Below are positions 1 to 7,958 of a DNA stretch of 54,617 nt, piece by piece. Made by a program: the position numbers and the translations under genes. A model generated the notes under the pieces. That model worked only from the letters and a program-made list of their open reading frames with translations. It ran no database searches and was not told where the DNA came from. Each line of letters opens with the position of its first letter. Position 1 is the stretch's first letter. Origin of the DNA: Chloroflexota bacterium (lineage in GTDB: Bacteria; Chloroflexota; Anaerolineae; Anaerolineales; Villigracilaceae); contig JAGHYK010000001.1 of NCBI GenBank assembly GCA_017743695.1, positions 1-54,617 of the forward strand, read 5' to 3'.

Positions 1-272
1 TTGACATACGCATAGCGATCCCACGCCTGCGCGCCCTGGCTTTGTTCGGGGATCAGGCTGTCGGGCTGGGTGAAGCGGCCCAGGGTGGGGTCGTACCATC
101 TGGCGTTGTAAAAGTACAGGCCGAAGTCGGGGGTGTAGGAGTATTGGCCGGTGTATTGGTAGCGGGTGGGGGTGCTGCCTGAATTATAGCGCGTTTCGCC
201 CCAGGGGCTGTAGCGCAGTTCGGCGAGCTTTGCGCCGTTGGCATCGGTGGTGAAGCCGGTGGAGCGTGAAGA
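1..272 (-). pseudogene. Orphan Rhs/YD core fragment with no start codon; it runs off the window edge toward an unseen C-terminal domain
   Basis: The minus-strand frame opens right after a TGA (273-275). It reads SSRSTGFTTDANGAKLAELRYSPWGETRYNSGSTPTRYQYTGQYSYTPDFGLYFYNARWYDPTLGRFTQPDSLIPEQSQGAQAWDRYAYV.. There is no ATG/GTG/TTG before the conserved core. nt 1-221 match 1677-1897 at 215/221. ORF-track entry 53..244(-) is the wrong frame. Confidence 0.6.
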
Positions 273-285
273 TCAACGATCCTGC

Positions 286-936
286 CTATGCTTTGGGTTT
301 CCTGGCCAGTTTTTTGTCAATCTTGGTCAGCGCGCGCTTGGCTTCGTTACGTATCCATGTTTTGGGATGGCTAATAAACGGCTCTATCGCTGTGCGCGCC
401 TCGGGAGGCGCCAGCCTGCGCAATGCAGAGACGGCATGTCCTGCAATCTCTTCATCGTTCAGCAACTCAATGAGTATGGGTACTACTCGTGGGTCTTTTG
501 TCTTTACCAGCGCCAGGGGAAGCATTTCACGCGCCCTACCATGGCGTTTATCGCGCACCAACTCCACCACTTCATCGAAAACGCTCTTGTCTGCTACCAC
601 GGAAAGCGCATTGCCAATAGCCCATTTCAATAACCAATTTTGTGCTTTGCGAAATTCTTCAATCAGCGGACGCGCCGCCACTCCTTTGGCCCAGGGGACG
701 CTTAGCGCCCGAACGATAGCCTCTTTGACATCCGGGTTCTCAATAAGTGGTAACCAGCGCAGTAGGATAGGAATAATTTCTCTGTGGTTTGTTTGGTACA
801 TGCTTGGATACTTGTAAATTAGGTCACTTACCCATTCTACGTAGATGCCGATCTGAGCCAGATCATCAATAATGGGCTTTGAATCTTCTCTATTTTTAGC
901 AATCTGTTGCTGCCTTTCAAGGTCACTAATGGGCAT
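286..936 (-). CDS. HEAT-repeat protein, putative immunity protein for the upstream Rhs toxin domain
   Basis: 216-aa ORF starting 35 nt downstream of the toxin ORF. It has repeated helical units (DPRVVPILIELLNDEEIAGHAVSALRRL, NPDVKEAIVRALS, KTWIRNEAKRAL) typical of HEAT/PBS repeats. The 5' part is visibly AT-richer than the genome. The immunity role is inferred from position only. Confidence 0.6.
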   Translation of the reverse strand: MPISDLERQQQIAKNREDSKPIIDDLAQIGIYVEWVSDLIYKYPSMYQTNHREIIPILLRWLPLIENPDVKEAIVRALSVPWAKGVAARPLIEEFRKAQNWLLKWAIGNALSVVADKSVFDEVVELVRDKRHGRAREMLPLALVKTKDPRVVPILIELLNDEEIAGHAVSALRRLAPPEARTAIEPFISHPKTWIRNEAKRALTKIDKKLARKPKA

Positions 937-970
937 TTTTCTTTTCTCCGTATATTAACAAGTGCCTTGA

Positions 971-1945
971 TTATCTGGCAAGCAAATTGCGCCTTATTAC
1001 AATTTCTCCCGCGTCTATTAGCCGCTGAAGAGACTGAGAGAATTTCGTGTTTTCTCTCACGATGAGTTCAAAGGTAAATCCTTCTTGTCTGGCATAAAGC
1101 CAGTAGTCCTTGATTTGATTGGTTAAACTCTGGTAGGCTACATTCTTTACTTCGGACAATAGCTTTTCATCAGCGAGCAGCTGGTCTGGAACCCGAAAGT
1201 TTGCTGTTCCAGTCAAGGAAACGATCCGCTCATTGTTCTTGACAATTCCTGCTGCCTGTTCGCCTGCCGATCCTAACGTTCGGGCGAGGGCTGTCGCCTC
1301 ATTGGTACAATCCCCATCGGCGCAGGCGGCATTGGCGGCGTTGTTGACCGCATTGACTGCCGCTGTGACTTCATTGGTGCAATCGCCATCGGCGCAGGCC
1401 AGCGCGCCGGCAGTGGCGGCCGCAGGCAAGAGCGCCATCGCAGCCTGCGTGACCACGTAAGCGCCAATGACCGCCCCGGCTCCGATGAAAGCACCGTTGA
1501 TGATCGGCTCGGCGCTGATGTTCTGCGTCCAGGCGGCGGCACCGCTGAGACCGCTTTGGTAGTTTTGGTAAACCTGGATGCCGTAGCCGATTCCGGCGCC
1601 GACCAGCGCTCCAATGCCTACCGCAATGCACCACGGACAGTGCCCGCTGGGATCGTTGTACCTCAACGGATTGTTGTTGACATATGCATACCGATCCCAC
1701 GCCTGTGCGCCCTGGCTTGACTCGGGGATCAGGCTGTCGGGCTGGGTGAAGCGGCCCAGGGTGGGGTCGTACCATCTGGCGTTGTAAAAGTACAGGCCGA
1801 AGTCGGGGGTGTAGGAGTATTGGCCGGTGTATTGGTAGCGGGTGGGGGTGCTGCCTGAATTATAGCGCGTTTCGCCCCAGGGGCTGTAGCGCAGTTCAGA
1901 GACGATGTTGCCGGATGCATCGAGAGTGTCACGGTTTGGGGACAT
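971..1945 (-). CDS. Short Rhs-core protein carrying a C-terminal polymorphic toxin domain (PD-(D/E)xK nuclease-like)
   Basis: RYSPWGETRY..YQYTGQ..GLYFYNARWYDPTLGRFTQPDSLIPE..YAYVNNNPLRYNDPSGH is the Rhs repeat-associated core ending in the DPxGH cleavage motif (1640-1654). The C-terminal 220 aa has glycine-zipper hydrophobic segments, a 2x CADGDCTNE repeat, then RVPD(1184-1189)..SEVK(1145-1153). Confidence 0.8.
   Translation of the reverse strand: MSPNRDTLDASGNIVSELRYSPWGETRYNSGSTPTRYQYTGQYSYTPDFGLYFYNARWYDPTLGRFTQPDSLIPESSQGAQAWDRYAYVNNNPLRYNDPSGHCPWCIAVGIGALVGAGIGYGIQVYQNYQSGLSGAAAWTQNISAEPIINGAFIGAGAVIGAYVVTQAAMALLPAAATAGALACADGDCTNEVTAAVNAVNNAANAACADGDCTNEATALARTLGSAGEQAAGIVKNNERIVSLTGTANFRVPDQLLADEKLLSEVKNVAYQSLTNQIKDYWLYARQEGFTFELIVRENTKFSQSLQRLIDAGEIVIRRNLLAR
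1299..1399. repeat. Internal 29-nt direct repeat (period 72 nt) encoding the duplicated CADGDCTNE motif of the toxin linker
   Basis: tcattggtacaatccccatcggcgcaggc (1299-1327) vs tcattggtgcaatcgccatcggcgcaggc (1371-1399); 2 mismatches. Confidence 0.85.
1677..1897. repeat. 221-bp direct repeat of the Rhs core coding segment (partner at 1-221)
   Basis: Manual alignment gives 215/221 identical with no indels. The last 175 nt are perfect (47-221 vs 1723-1897). Identity stops abruptly on the upstream side (222 / 1898). Confidence 0.95.
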
Positions 1946-2002
1946 TGCCCCTGATGATGCATCTGTTAGTAGAAATTAATTTATTTTTCATTTGTGTTGC
2001 TC

Positions 2003-2152
2003 AATTTTCAGGCCATACCGTCAACGAATTTTTAACGAATAAACGAATGCGCGTTTTCCCTTCGTTGACGGTATCCCCCCGGCAGGCCGGAAAGCCCATC
2101 CTGGCGCAGTCTGTATTCGTTGATTCGTTTTCCTGTTCATTGACGGTTCCCC
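2003..2152 (+). repeat. Structured dispersed intergenic element, copy 1 (TTCGTTGACGG / GGCCGGAAAGCC family)
   Basis: Perfect 14-bp inverted repeat ATACCGTCAACGAA (2015-2028) / TTCGTTGACGGTAT (2061-2074). It is followed by GGCAGGCCGGAAAGCCCATCCTGGCGCAG and ATTCGTTGATTCGTTT. Clearly alignable with 19214-19329. Confidence 0.85.
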
Positions 2153-2218
2153 ATACAGGTCCCAAGGGCTCTTTTTGCCTGACAGGATGTCCCCAATGCA
2201 ATATGCTCACTGCTTCCT

Positions 2219-4813
2219 CTACGTGGCGATCAGCCTCTCTAACAACTGCTTCTCTTCTTCGGCGGTGTGAATTTCTCCATCCAGCCAGGCCGCACGCAGG
2301 CGTTTCAGGAGGCGGCGGTAGGACGGGCCGGGGGGGAGCCCCAGCTTTCGCAGGGTTTCGCCATCGGTATAGGGTTGAATGTTGCGCCAGCGGGTGAGGT
2401 ATTCAGCGAGCGGAGCGGTCTGCGCTTCAGGCAGGCTGATCTGCAGGGCGTAGATGCTGATCGGGGAAAGATTTTCCAGCCGCTCCACCCAGCCGCTCGG
2501 CGGTGCTCCTTGCAGGTCCGGGAGGCTGTGGAAGAGGGCGGAGGCATCCAGGATCAGGCGTTTCAGCGGGGAGGAAAAGCGCAGCCGGTTGGCCAGGGAG
2601 ATGATCTCTGAGGCGGGGAGGGGGAAAAGCCATACGGTGTAGGCCAGCGCCTGTCGCAGCGGCACGCGGCTCGGGGTCCAGAGGGAGGCGATTCCAGCCG
2701 CAGGCGGGCGCTCCAGCGCCAGGGCCAGGCGTTGCTCGATCTCCGCACTCCAGCCCAGGGCGGGATGGATCGCCTGGAACAAATCCAGTTCCGCCAGACG
2801 TCGCAGCGCCGCCAGGGCGCAGCTTTCATTCAGGATCAGGTCTAATTCATGGCGTACACGTTCCCCTGAGAGACGGGCCAGCAGCGGCCGCGCCTCGTGG
2901 ATCAGTTGTAACGTGCGGGGTTCGATTTGAAAACCGTACCGTTGTTCATAGCGCACGGCGCGGATCATCCGCGTGGGATCGTCTATGAAGGAGAGCGAAT
3001 GCAGCACCCGGATCAGGCCACGCTTCAGGTCTGCCAGGCCGCCCCAGTAATCGAGCAGTTCGCCGAAATGCCGCCCATCCAGGCGAATGGCCAGGGTGTT
3101 GATGGTGAAATCGCGCCGGTGGAGGTCCAGCTTGATGCTTCCCCGTCGAACGGTTGGTAGAGCCGTGGGATGTTCATAGAATTCCATGCGCGCCGAGATC
3201 AGGTCGAGAAAAGGCGGATCGTCTGTGGAGCGTAAGGAATCGGGGAGGAACCATTTCGCCGTGCCGAAGCGAGAATGGGAAATCAATCGCCCTCCATGTT
3301 CCCGTTGCAATTCCTGCGCCAGCGCAATCGCATCTCCCTCGACGACGAGATCGAAATCCACGCTGGGATAGCCGAGGAGCAAATCCCTGACGAAGCCGCC
3401 TACGATATACAGGGCCATATCCAGGCGGGTGGCCTTTTCTGCCGCCAGGCGGATCAGCGCAAGCCGGGAAGGGGAAAGAGCCTGGGGCAGGCGCTCCTGA
3501 AGATTGAGCTGGGGAGTCGCAGGCAGGTTCAACACCTTGAGCAGATCGGTGCGGGTCACGATCCCGATGATCTCGCCGCTTTCAGGGTCCACCACCGGGA
3601 TTTGTCCCCAACCGCTTTCTGTCATCCGATGCTGCAGCATCTGGAGCGAATCGTGGGGCGAGACGGTGACTTCGCCGGCCTCCATCAGGCTGGTGATCTT
3701 CAGGTTCAGGCGATGCGCCAGGGCGCGATCCACGGCGCGCCGCGTCAGCAGCCCGATCACTTTTCCATTCTCGACCACCGGGAAGCCCTCAAAGCCGGTA
3801 CGTTGCATGAGGGCCGCCGCCTCCTGAAGCGAGGTCTCTGGCGTGAGGAGCGTGGGGTTGCGGGACATGATCTGGGCGACGGTGATGGCCGGGCGCACGA
3901 AACGCGGCAGCAAGGCGCGTAATTGCTGGCCGGTCTGCTCCAGGGTGGCATGGAGTTCGGAGGGGGAAGGAGGACGGATCAGCGCGGCGGCTGCGCGTTC
4001 ATGTCCTCCGCCGCCAAAGTGGGCCAGGATTTCGGCCACGTTTATCTCGTCGGAAGTGGCGCGTGCCACGACGCGTATCCCCTCGCGTGTGGCGACAAGC
4101 ACAAAAAGCGCATCCGGGTCAAAAAGATCGCGTAGCTTATGCGCCAGCGAGGACACCTCTTCTTCCATCTCCAGCGCTTCGCCCTGGGCGAGGATGATCA
4201 GATGGCCGTGGATGTCCAGCATCTCGGCGCGCTGGATGAGCATATCGTAGAGTTTGCGTTGCGCCTCGGAGAGGGGCGGATTGAGGAAATCGGCGGCGAT
4301 CTTCAGGCTGGCTCCCTGTTCCAGCAGGTAGGCCACGGCGCGCGCATCGCGGGCGGTGGTGCGCGAATAGGTCAGCGAACCGGTATCTTCGTAGATGCCC
4401 AGCAGCAACAGGGTCGCCTGCAGGGGCGTCAGGTGACCGTTGTGCTCTTGCAGGCTCTCGACCAGCAGCGTGGTGGTTGCGCCGACTTCGTCAATGCAGA
4501 CCTCCCACTCCGGGTTGAGTGAAGGGCGTCGCGGATGGTGATCGATCACCCGCACCCGCGTTTTTGCCCCCATGCCGCGCACCGTGATCAGGGATTGCGT
4601 ATCTACAAGCACGACTTCCTCGACCGCGCCGCCGGGCAGATCGCGGGGATCGAGGAAGCCGAACTCGTTTCCGTAAAGGGTTACAAAGGCGCGAACGTTG
4701 CGATTCAGATGGCGAGGCAGGATGGCGCAGGCTGGCTCGTAAAGCAGGGTGGCTGCATAGAGCGAGGCCAGGGCATCAAAATCTGCCTGTTCATGGGTCA
4801 GGATCAGGCGCAT
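2219..4813 (-). CDS. DHH/DHHA1 phosphoesterase - CBS pair - tRNA nucleotidyltransferase (CCA-adding / poly(A) polymerase family) fusion
   Basis: 864 aa. N-terminal DHH motifs (HEQADFDALAS, VIDHHP, GGGGHERAAAA). Two CBS modules (IMSRNP..VIGLLTRRAV; VSPHDS..IIGIVTRTDL). Then the PolA head (LYIVGGFVRDLLLG..DFDLVVEGD, RRDFTINTLA). Confidence 0.85.
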   Translation of the reverse strand: MRLILTHEQADFDALASLYAATLLYEPACAILPRHLNRNVRAFVTLYGNEFGFLDPRDLPGGAVEEVVLVDTQSLITVRGMGAKTRVRVIDHHPRRPSLNPEWEVCIDEVGATTTLLVESLQEHNGHLTPLQATLLLLGIYEDTGSLTYSRTTARDARAVAYLLEQGASLKIAADFLNPPLSEAQRKLYDMLIQRAEMLDIHGHLIILAQGEALEMEEEVSSLAHKLRDLFDPDALFVLVATREGIRVVARATSDEINVAEILAHFGGGGHERAAAALIRPPSPSELHATLEQTGQQLRALLPRFVRPAITVAQIMSRNPTLLTPETSLQEAAALMQRTGFEGFPVVENGKVIGLLTRRAVDRALAHRLNLKITSLMEAGEVTVSPHDSLQMLQHRMTESGWGQIPVVDPESGEIIGIVTRTDLLKVLNLPATPQLNLQERLPQALSPSRLALIRLAAEKATRLDMALYIVGGFVRDLLLGYPSVDFDLVVEGDAIALAQELQREHGGRLISHSRFGTAKWFLPDSLRSTDDPPFLDLISARMEFYEHPTALPTVRRGSIKLDLHRRDFTINTLAIRLDGRHFGELLDYWGGLADLKRGLIRVLHSLSFIDDPTRMIRAVRYEQRYGFQIEPRTLQLIHEARPLLARLSGERVRHELDLILNESCALAALRRLAELDLFQAIHPALGWSAEIEQRLALALERPPAAGIASLWTPSRVPLRQALAYTVWLFPLPASEIISLANRLRFSSPLKRLILDASALFHSLPDLQGAPPSGWVERLENLSPISIYALQISLPEAQTAPLAEYLTRWRNIQPYTDGETLRKLGLPPGPSYRRLLKRLRAAWLDGEIHTAEEEKQLLERLIAT

Positions 4814-4822
4814 GGAGCGGGG

Positions 4823-5599
4823 TCACTGTCCAATTTCTTTCAGGATGCTTTCGATGGTTTGTTGAAAGGCGCTGAATGGCTGGGCGCCTTTGATCATTTG
4901 GGTTTTGGTTTCACCTTTGACCGTGTAGGTGATCACGAAAGCGGGCGTGCCATCCACACCGGCTGCGATGCCATCCTGATAATCCTGTTCGACCTGCTGG
5001 CGGTATTTTCCGCTGTTGAAGCAGGTGTTGAACTCGCTCATGTTCAGCCCGAGTTTTTGGGCAATGGCGCGCAGGCGTGCCTCCGAAAAAGCGCCAATCC
5101 CCTCGCCGGTCTGGTTGGCGAACAGCGCGTCATGATATTCCCAGAATTTTCCCTGATCGGCTGCGCAGTAGGCTGCCATGGCCGAATCGCGGGATTCACT
5201 GTTGATGGTGCCGCTGGCGCGGGCAATGTTATCGCTCAGGAAGTTCCCCATCGAGCGATAGATAAAATACACCTTCCCGGTCTTGACATAGGTTTCTACG
5301 AGCGCAGGTTCGGTATTTTCAAAAAATCTGCGGCAGTAGGGGCATTGAAAATCCGAGAATTCGACGATGCGGATCGGGGCATTCGGATCGCCCATCGCGT
5401 TACGGTCGGCCATGGGACGCGGGAGCGGCGCAGGCAAAACAATAGACCGGGTGGCCTGAATGTTGGGGAAAATGAGCAAAAAAGCCAGGAGCAACGCGCC
5501 CAGCCCAATCAGGCCGATAGCGATCAGGCGATTGCGTTGCTGTTCCTTGCGACGCTTTTCGCGCAACATTTCACGTTTGCTCATTTTTTCTTTTGCCAT
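4823..5599 (-). CDS. Membrane-anchored DsbA-family thiol:disulfide oxidoreductase
   Basis: Lys/Arg-rich N-terminus plus one TM helix. Thioredoxin-fold CPYC motif (FSDFQCPYCRRF). Start chosen at ATG 5599, preceded by AGGAGA; ATG 5584 (ATGA overlap with the upstream stop) is an alternative. Confidence 0.8.
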   Translation of the reverse strand: MAKEKMSKREMLREKRRKEQQRNRLIAIGLIGLGALLLAFLLIFPNIQATRSIVLPAPLPRPMADRNAMGDPNAPIRIVEFSDFQCPYCRRFFENTEPALVETYVKTGKVYFIYRSMGNFLSDNIARASGTINSESRDSAMAAYCAADQGKFWEYHDALFANQTGEGIGAFSEARLRAIAQKLGLNMSEFNTCFNSGKYRQQVEQDYQDGIAAGVDGTPAFVITYTVKGETKTQMIKGAQPFSAFQQTIESILKEIGQ

Positions 5600-6438
5600 G
5601 TTGTCTCCTGAAGATGGGATTCTAACCAATCAATTAAGAATTTGAAGACTTCCTGTTTTTGAGGCTCATTGTGTAACTCATGGTATAAGCCGGGCCAGAG
5701 CTTCAGCGTAGCTTTTTCGCCGGCGCGGCGGGCGAACTCTTCACTCCCCTGTGGATAGGCCAGGGCATCCTCGGTCCCATGCATGAGCAGGAGCGGCAGC
5801 GGAAATTCGTGCGCATGGGCAAAGGTCCAGGGGATCACATCGAGCATGATGCGGGCAAAGCCAAGACTGATTTTATCATGCACCAGAGGATCGCTCTGAT
5901 AGTCTTTTACAACCTGAGGATCGTGGCTCAAGGTCTTGGGGTCTAAACCACTGGGGAGAGTAAGGGAGGGGAAAATGCGTCCCAGGATGCGCACCAGAGC
6001 GACCTTGAGTTTTTGCTCTTCCAGGGCCGTGCGCAATCCGGACGAGGTGGCGATCACGCCGCGCGCCTCAGGCTTGCGCCGCAGGGCGTAGTTAAGGACC
6101 AGGATGCCTCCCAGGCTGTGACCATACAGGAAGCGTGGCTGGGAGGGATAGCGAAGCTGGGCCTGGTCAAACAGGCGGTCGAGATCGCGGAGAAAAGCCT
6201 CAAAGGAGGGGATATGCCCACGGGGGCCGCCGGAGCGTCCGTGTCCGCGCAGGTCGAAGCTCAGCACCGCGTAACCGGCTTCTGTCAGCGCTGCCGCGAC
6301 ATGTTGATAGCGGCCGCTATGCTCTCCAAGCCCATGCACCAGGCAGACGAGCGCTCGGGGCGCCCCCTCCGGCTCCCAGCCGCGCCCGAACAGGAAAACT
6401 CCATCGTCGGCTTGCCATTGGGTTTCAAACGAATGCAT
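5581..6438 (-). CDS. Alpha/beta hydrolase (lysophospholipase / monoacylglycerol-lipase-like)
   Basis: Nucleophile elbow GHSLGG and an HG oxyanion motif (LVHGLGEHSGRY). Start set at ATG 6438, preceded by GGGAGG. The longer ORF-track start would overlap the upstream GNAT gene. Confidence 0.8.
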   Translation of the reverse strand: MHSFETQWQADDGVFLFGRGWEPEGAPRALVCLVHGLGEHSGRYQHVAAALTEAGYAVLSFDLRGHGRSGGPRGHIPSFEAFLRDLDRLFDQAQLRYPSQPRFLYGHSLGGILVLNYALRRKPEARGVIATSSGLRTALEEQKLKVALVRILGRIFPSLTLPSGLDPKTLSHDPQVVKDYQSDPLVHDKISLGFARIMLDVIPWTFAHAHEFPLPLLLMHGTEDALAYPQGSEEFARRAGEKATLKLWPGLYHELHNEPQKQEVFKFLIDWLESHLQETTWQKKK

Positions 6439-6458
6439 GTTGCCTCCCATATTGACCA

Positions 6459-7340
6459 TTACGGCATCGGGACGGTGCATGATGACCTCCACGCATAAAC
6501 GTATACCGGATACGCTTCCCCCGTGCGTTCAAATCCCATGCGCCGGTAGAGGCTCAGGGAAACGAGATTATCGTGCTGGGTGTTCACCGTGAGTTGTTGA
6601 ATGTGACGCGCACGCAGAAAAGCAAAGAGATGCGCCAGCAATGCTTTTCCCCATCCCTGTCCCTGTACGTTTGGATGGACGGCCAGACGGGCAAGATGCG
6701 CCCCAAACGCATGGCCGGTGGTGATCTGGTAACCCAAAATCTGTCCATCCAGCTCCAGCACCGTTGCCAGAAGCGCCTGATCCAGGGCACGGCGCAGAGA
6801 GGAGAGGGAATGGCGCCATGGAGGGGAAAAGGCCTGCCAGTCCACCTCGGCGACGGCGCTCAAATCTTCCGGGCGCATGGGACGGATGACGGATTGCGCT
6901 TCGGGTGGGAGCTGCGGCAGATTCTGTCTTTGCCATTGCAGGACGACCACGCGCTGGAGAAGGTCGAAGTGCGCTTCGCGTAACAATTGTTCCATCCAGC
7001 TTTCCAGGACAATGGCAGCAATTTGCGTTCTGGACGCTTTCAGGGATTCCTGCGCCTGCCTCCAGAGGATTTGCCAGGCACGCGTGGCCGAAATCGGGCG
7101 CGAATAAGCGAACAGGCGCAGCCAGGCGATTTCAGGGGGATCGTCGGGGCAGGCCAGGGCGGCAATGGGGTGGGCGTTTTCTTCCAGTAGCCACCAGGAT
7201 GGATGCCCCAACCAGTCTAAGGGATGGCGCCAGTCCAGATGCCGGTGAAAGGTGGCGCTTTGCTCCAGCCATGGTTCCAAAATGAAGCGATCCTGGGGTC
7301 TGGCCTCTCGCACCTGGAAGGCGATTTCGGAGGTGTACAT
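6459..7340 (-). CDS. Two-domain GNAT-family N-acetyltransferase
   Basis: The C-terminal half carries the acetyl-CoA motif (VHPNVQGQGWGKALLAHL) and NTQHDNLVSLSLYRRMGF. The N-terminal half is a degenerate GNAT-like fold. Confidence 0.7.
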   Translation of the reverse strand: MYTSEIAFQVREARPQDRFILEPWLEQSATFHRHLDWRHPLDWLGHPSWWLLEENAHPIAALACPDDPPEIAWLRLFAYSRPISATRAWQILWRQAQESLKASRTQIAAIVLESWMEQLLREAHFDLLQRVVVLQWQRQNLPQLPPEAQSVIRPMRPEDLSAVAEVDWQAFSPPWRHSLSSLRRALDQALLATVLELDGQILGYQITTGHAFGAHLARLAVHPNVQGQGWGKALLAHLFAFLRARHIQQLTVNTQHDNLVSLSLYRRMGFERTGEAYPVYVYAWRSSCTVPMP

Positions 7341-7347
7341 CTCTTGC

Positions 7348-7860
7348 CTATACCCGAATGCGCAAAAGGGTGCGTAGCAGGCGTTGCCACCAGGGAAGGT
7401 TGGGTCGTTGCAGGGTAGAGATCATCTCCATCCCGGCGTCCATGAATCGCCCCTGTTTCAGGCGGATGGCGGCGATGGCCTTTTCCATCTCGGCGCGCAG
7501 GTCGCTTTTCCCGAGGGCCTCAAAACGCTCGGCGGCTGTGCGATAGGCCTGGATGGCCTCTTCCAGCCTGCCGAGGGCCTCCAGCGCGGCGGCCTGATTC
7601 CCCCAGGCCATGGCTTCCCGTTCGGTATCTCCCTGCTGGGCGAAGAGTTGAGGCGTGCCTTCGACGGCGCGCAGGGCTGCTTCGGCCTCCTCGCCCATCA
7701 GCAGGGCCACGCTCTGGTTGTTACGAGCTTCTGCCGCCTCCAGGATTTTCCCGGCCTGTTCCAATGCCTGCGCTGCCTGTTCAAAGAGCCGGGCGGCTTG
7801 CAGATACTCTCCCTCTCGATAGATTTTTTTCCCTTGTTCCATCAGATTGATTGCATCCAT
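7348..7860 (-). CDS. TPR-repeat protein
   Basis: Successive 34-aa helical repeats (EYLQAARLFEQAAQALEQAGK.., REAMAWGNQAAALEALGRLEEAIQAYRTAAERF). Start at ATG 7860, preceded by GGAGG. The longer ORF-track N-terminus is read through a dispersed repeat. Confidence 0.7.
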   Translation of the reverse strand: MDAINLMEQGKKIYREGEYLQAARLFEQAAQALEQAGKILEAAEARNNQSVALLMGEEAEAALRAVEGTPQLFAQQGDTEREAMAWGNQAAALEALGRLEEAIQAYRTAAERFEALGKSDLRAEMEKAIAAIRLKQGRFMDAGMEMISTLQRPNLPWWQRLLRTLLRIRV

Positions 7861-7871
7861 AAGGCCTCCAG

Positions 7872-7943
7872 GAATAGACGATTGACGGTGGACGGTAGAT
7901 GATGGGTGAACGGTGGACAACAGGTGGACGGTAGACGGCGGAG
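7872..7943. repeat. Degenerate GGACGGT/GGACAAC tract (repeat-family arm)
   Basis: gaatagacgattgacggtggacggtagatgatgggtgaacggtggacaacaggtggacggtagacggcggag lies between the XRE stop and the TPR start. The same word family occurs at 37270-37600 (reverse complement), 44586-44612 and 53603-54035. Confidence 0.7.
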
Positions 7944-7958
7944 TTGGTGCGCGGAGCG

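Noticed and set aside
53-244. ORF-track entries 53..244(-) and 1729..1962(-), encoding Pro/Thr/Ala-rich peptides
   Set aside because: They are the wrong reading frame of the Rhs core repeat. The frame giving RYSPWGETRY..YDPTLGRFTQPD is the biologically meaningful one.
4535-5611. 358-aa plus-strand ORF
   Set aside because: It is antisense to the well-supported DsbA-like and CCA-enzyme genes. It has a low-complexity Gly/Ala/Arg-rich translation typical of GC-rich shadow frames and no RBS.
7861-7920. Longer N-termini offered by the ORF track for several genes: TPR 7920, tadA 10017, RR 12218, PglD-like 18601, NBR1-like 21529, lipoprotein 26785, mdh 29679, Sco 47267, RR 44639, emfourin-like 42731
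   Set aside because: The extensions overlap upstream genes or read through dispersed repeats, and they lack an RBS. Internal starts with GGAGG-type RBS or ATGA coupling fit better.
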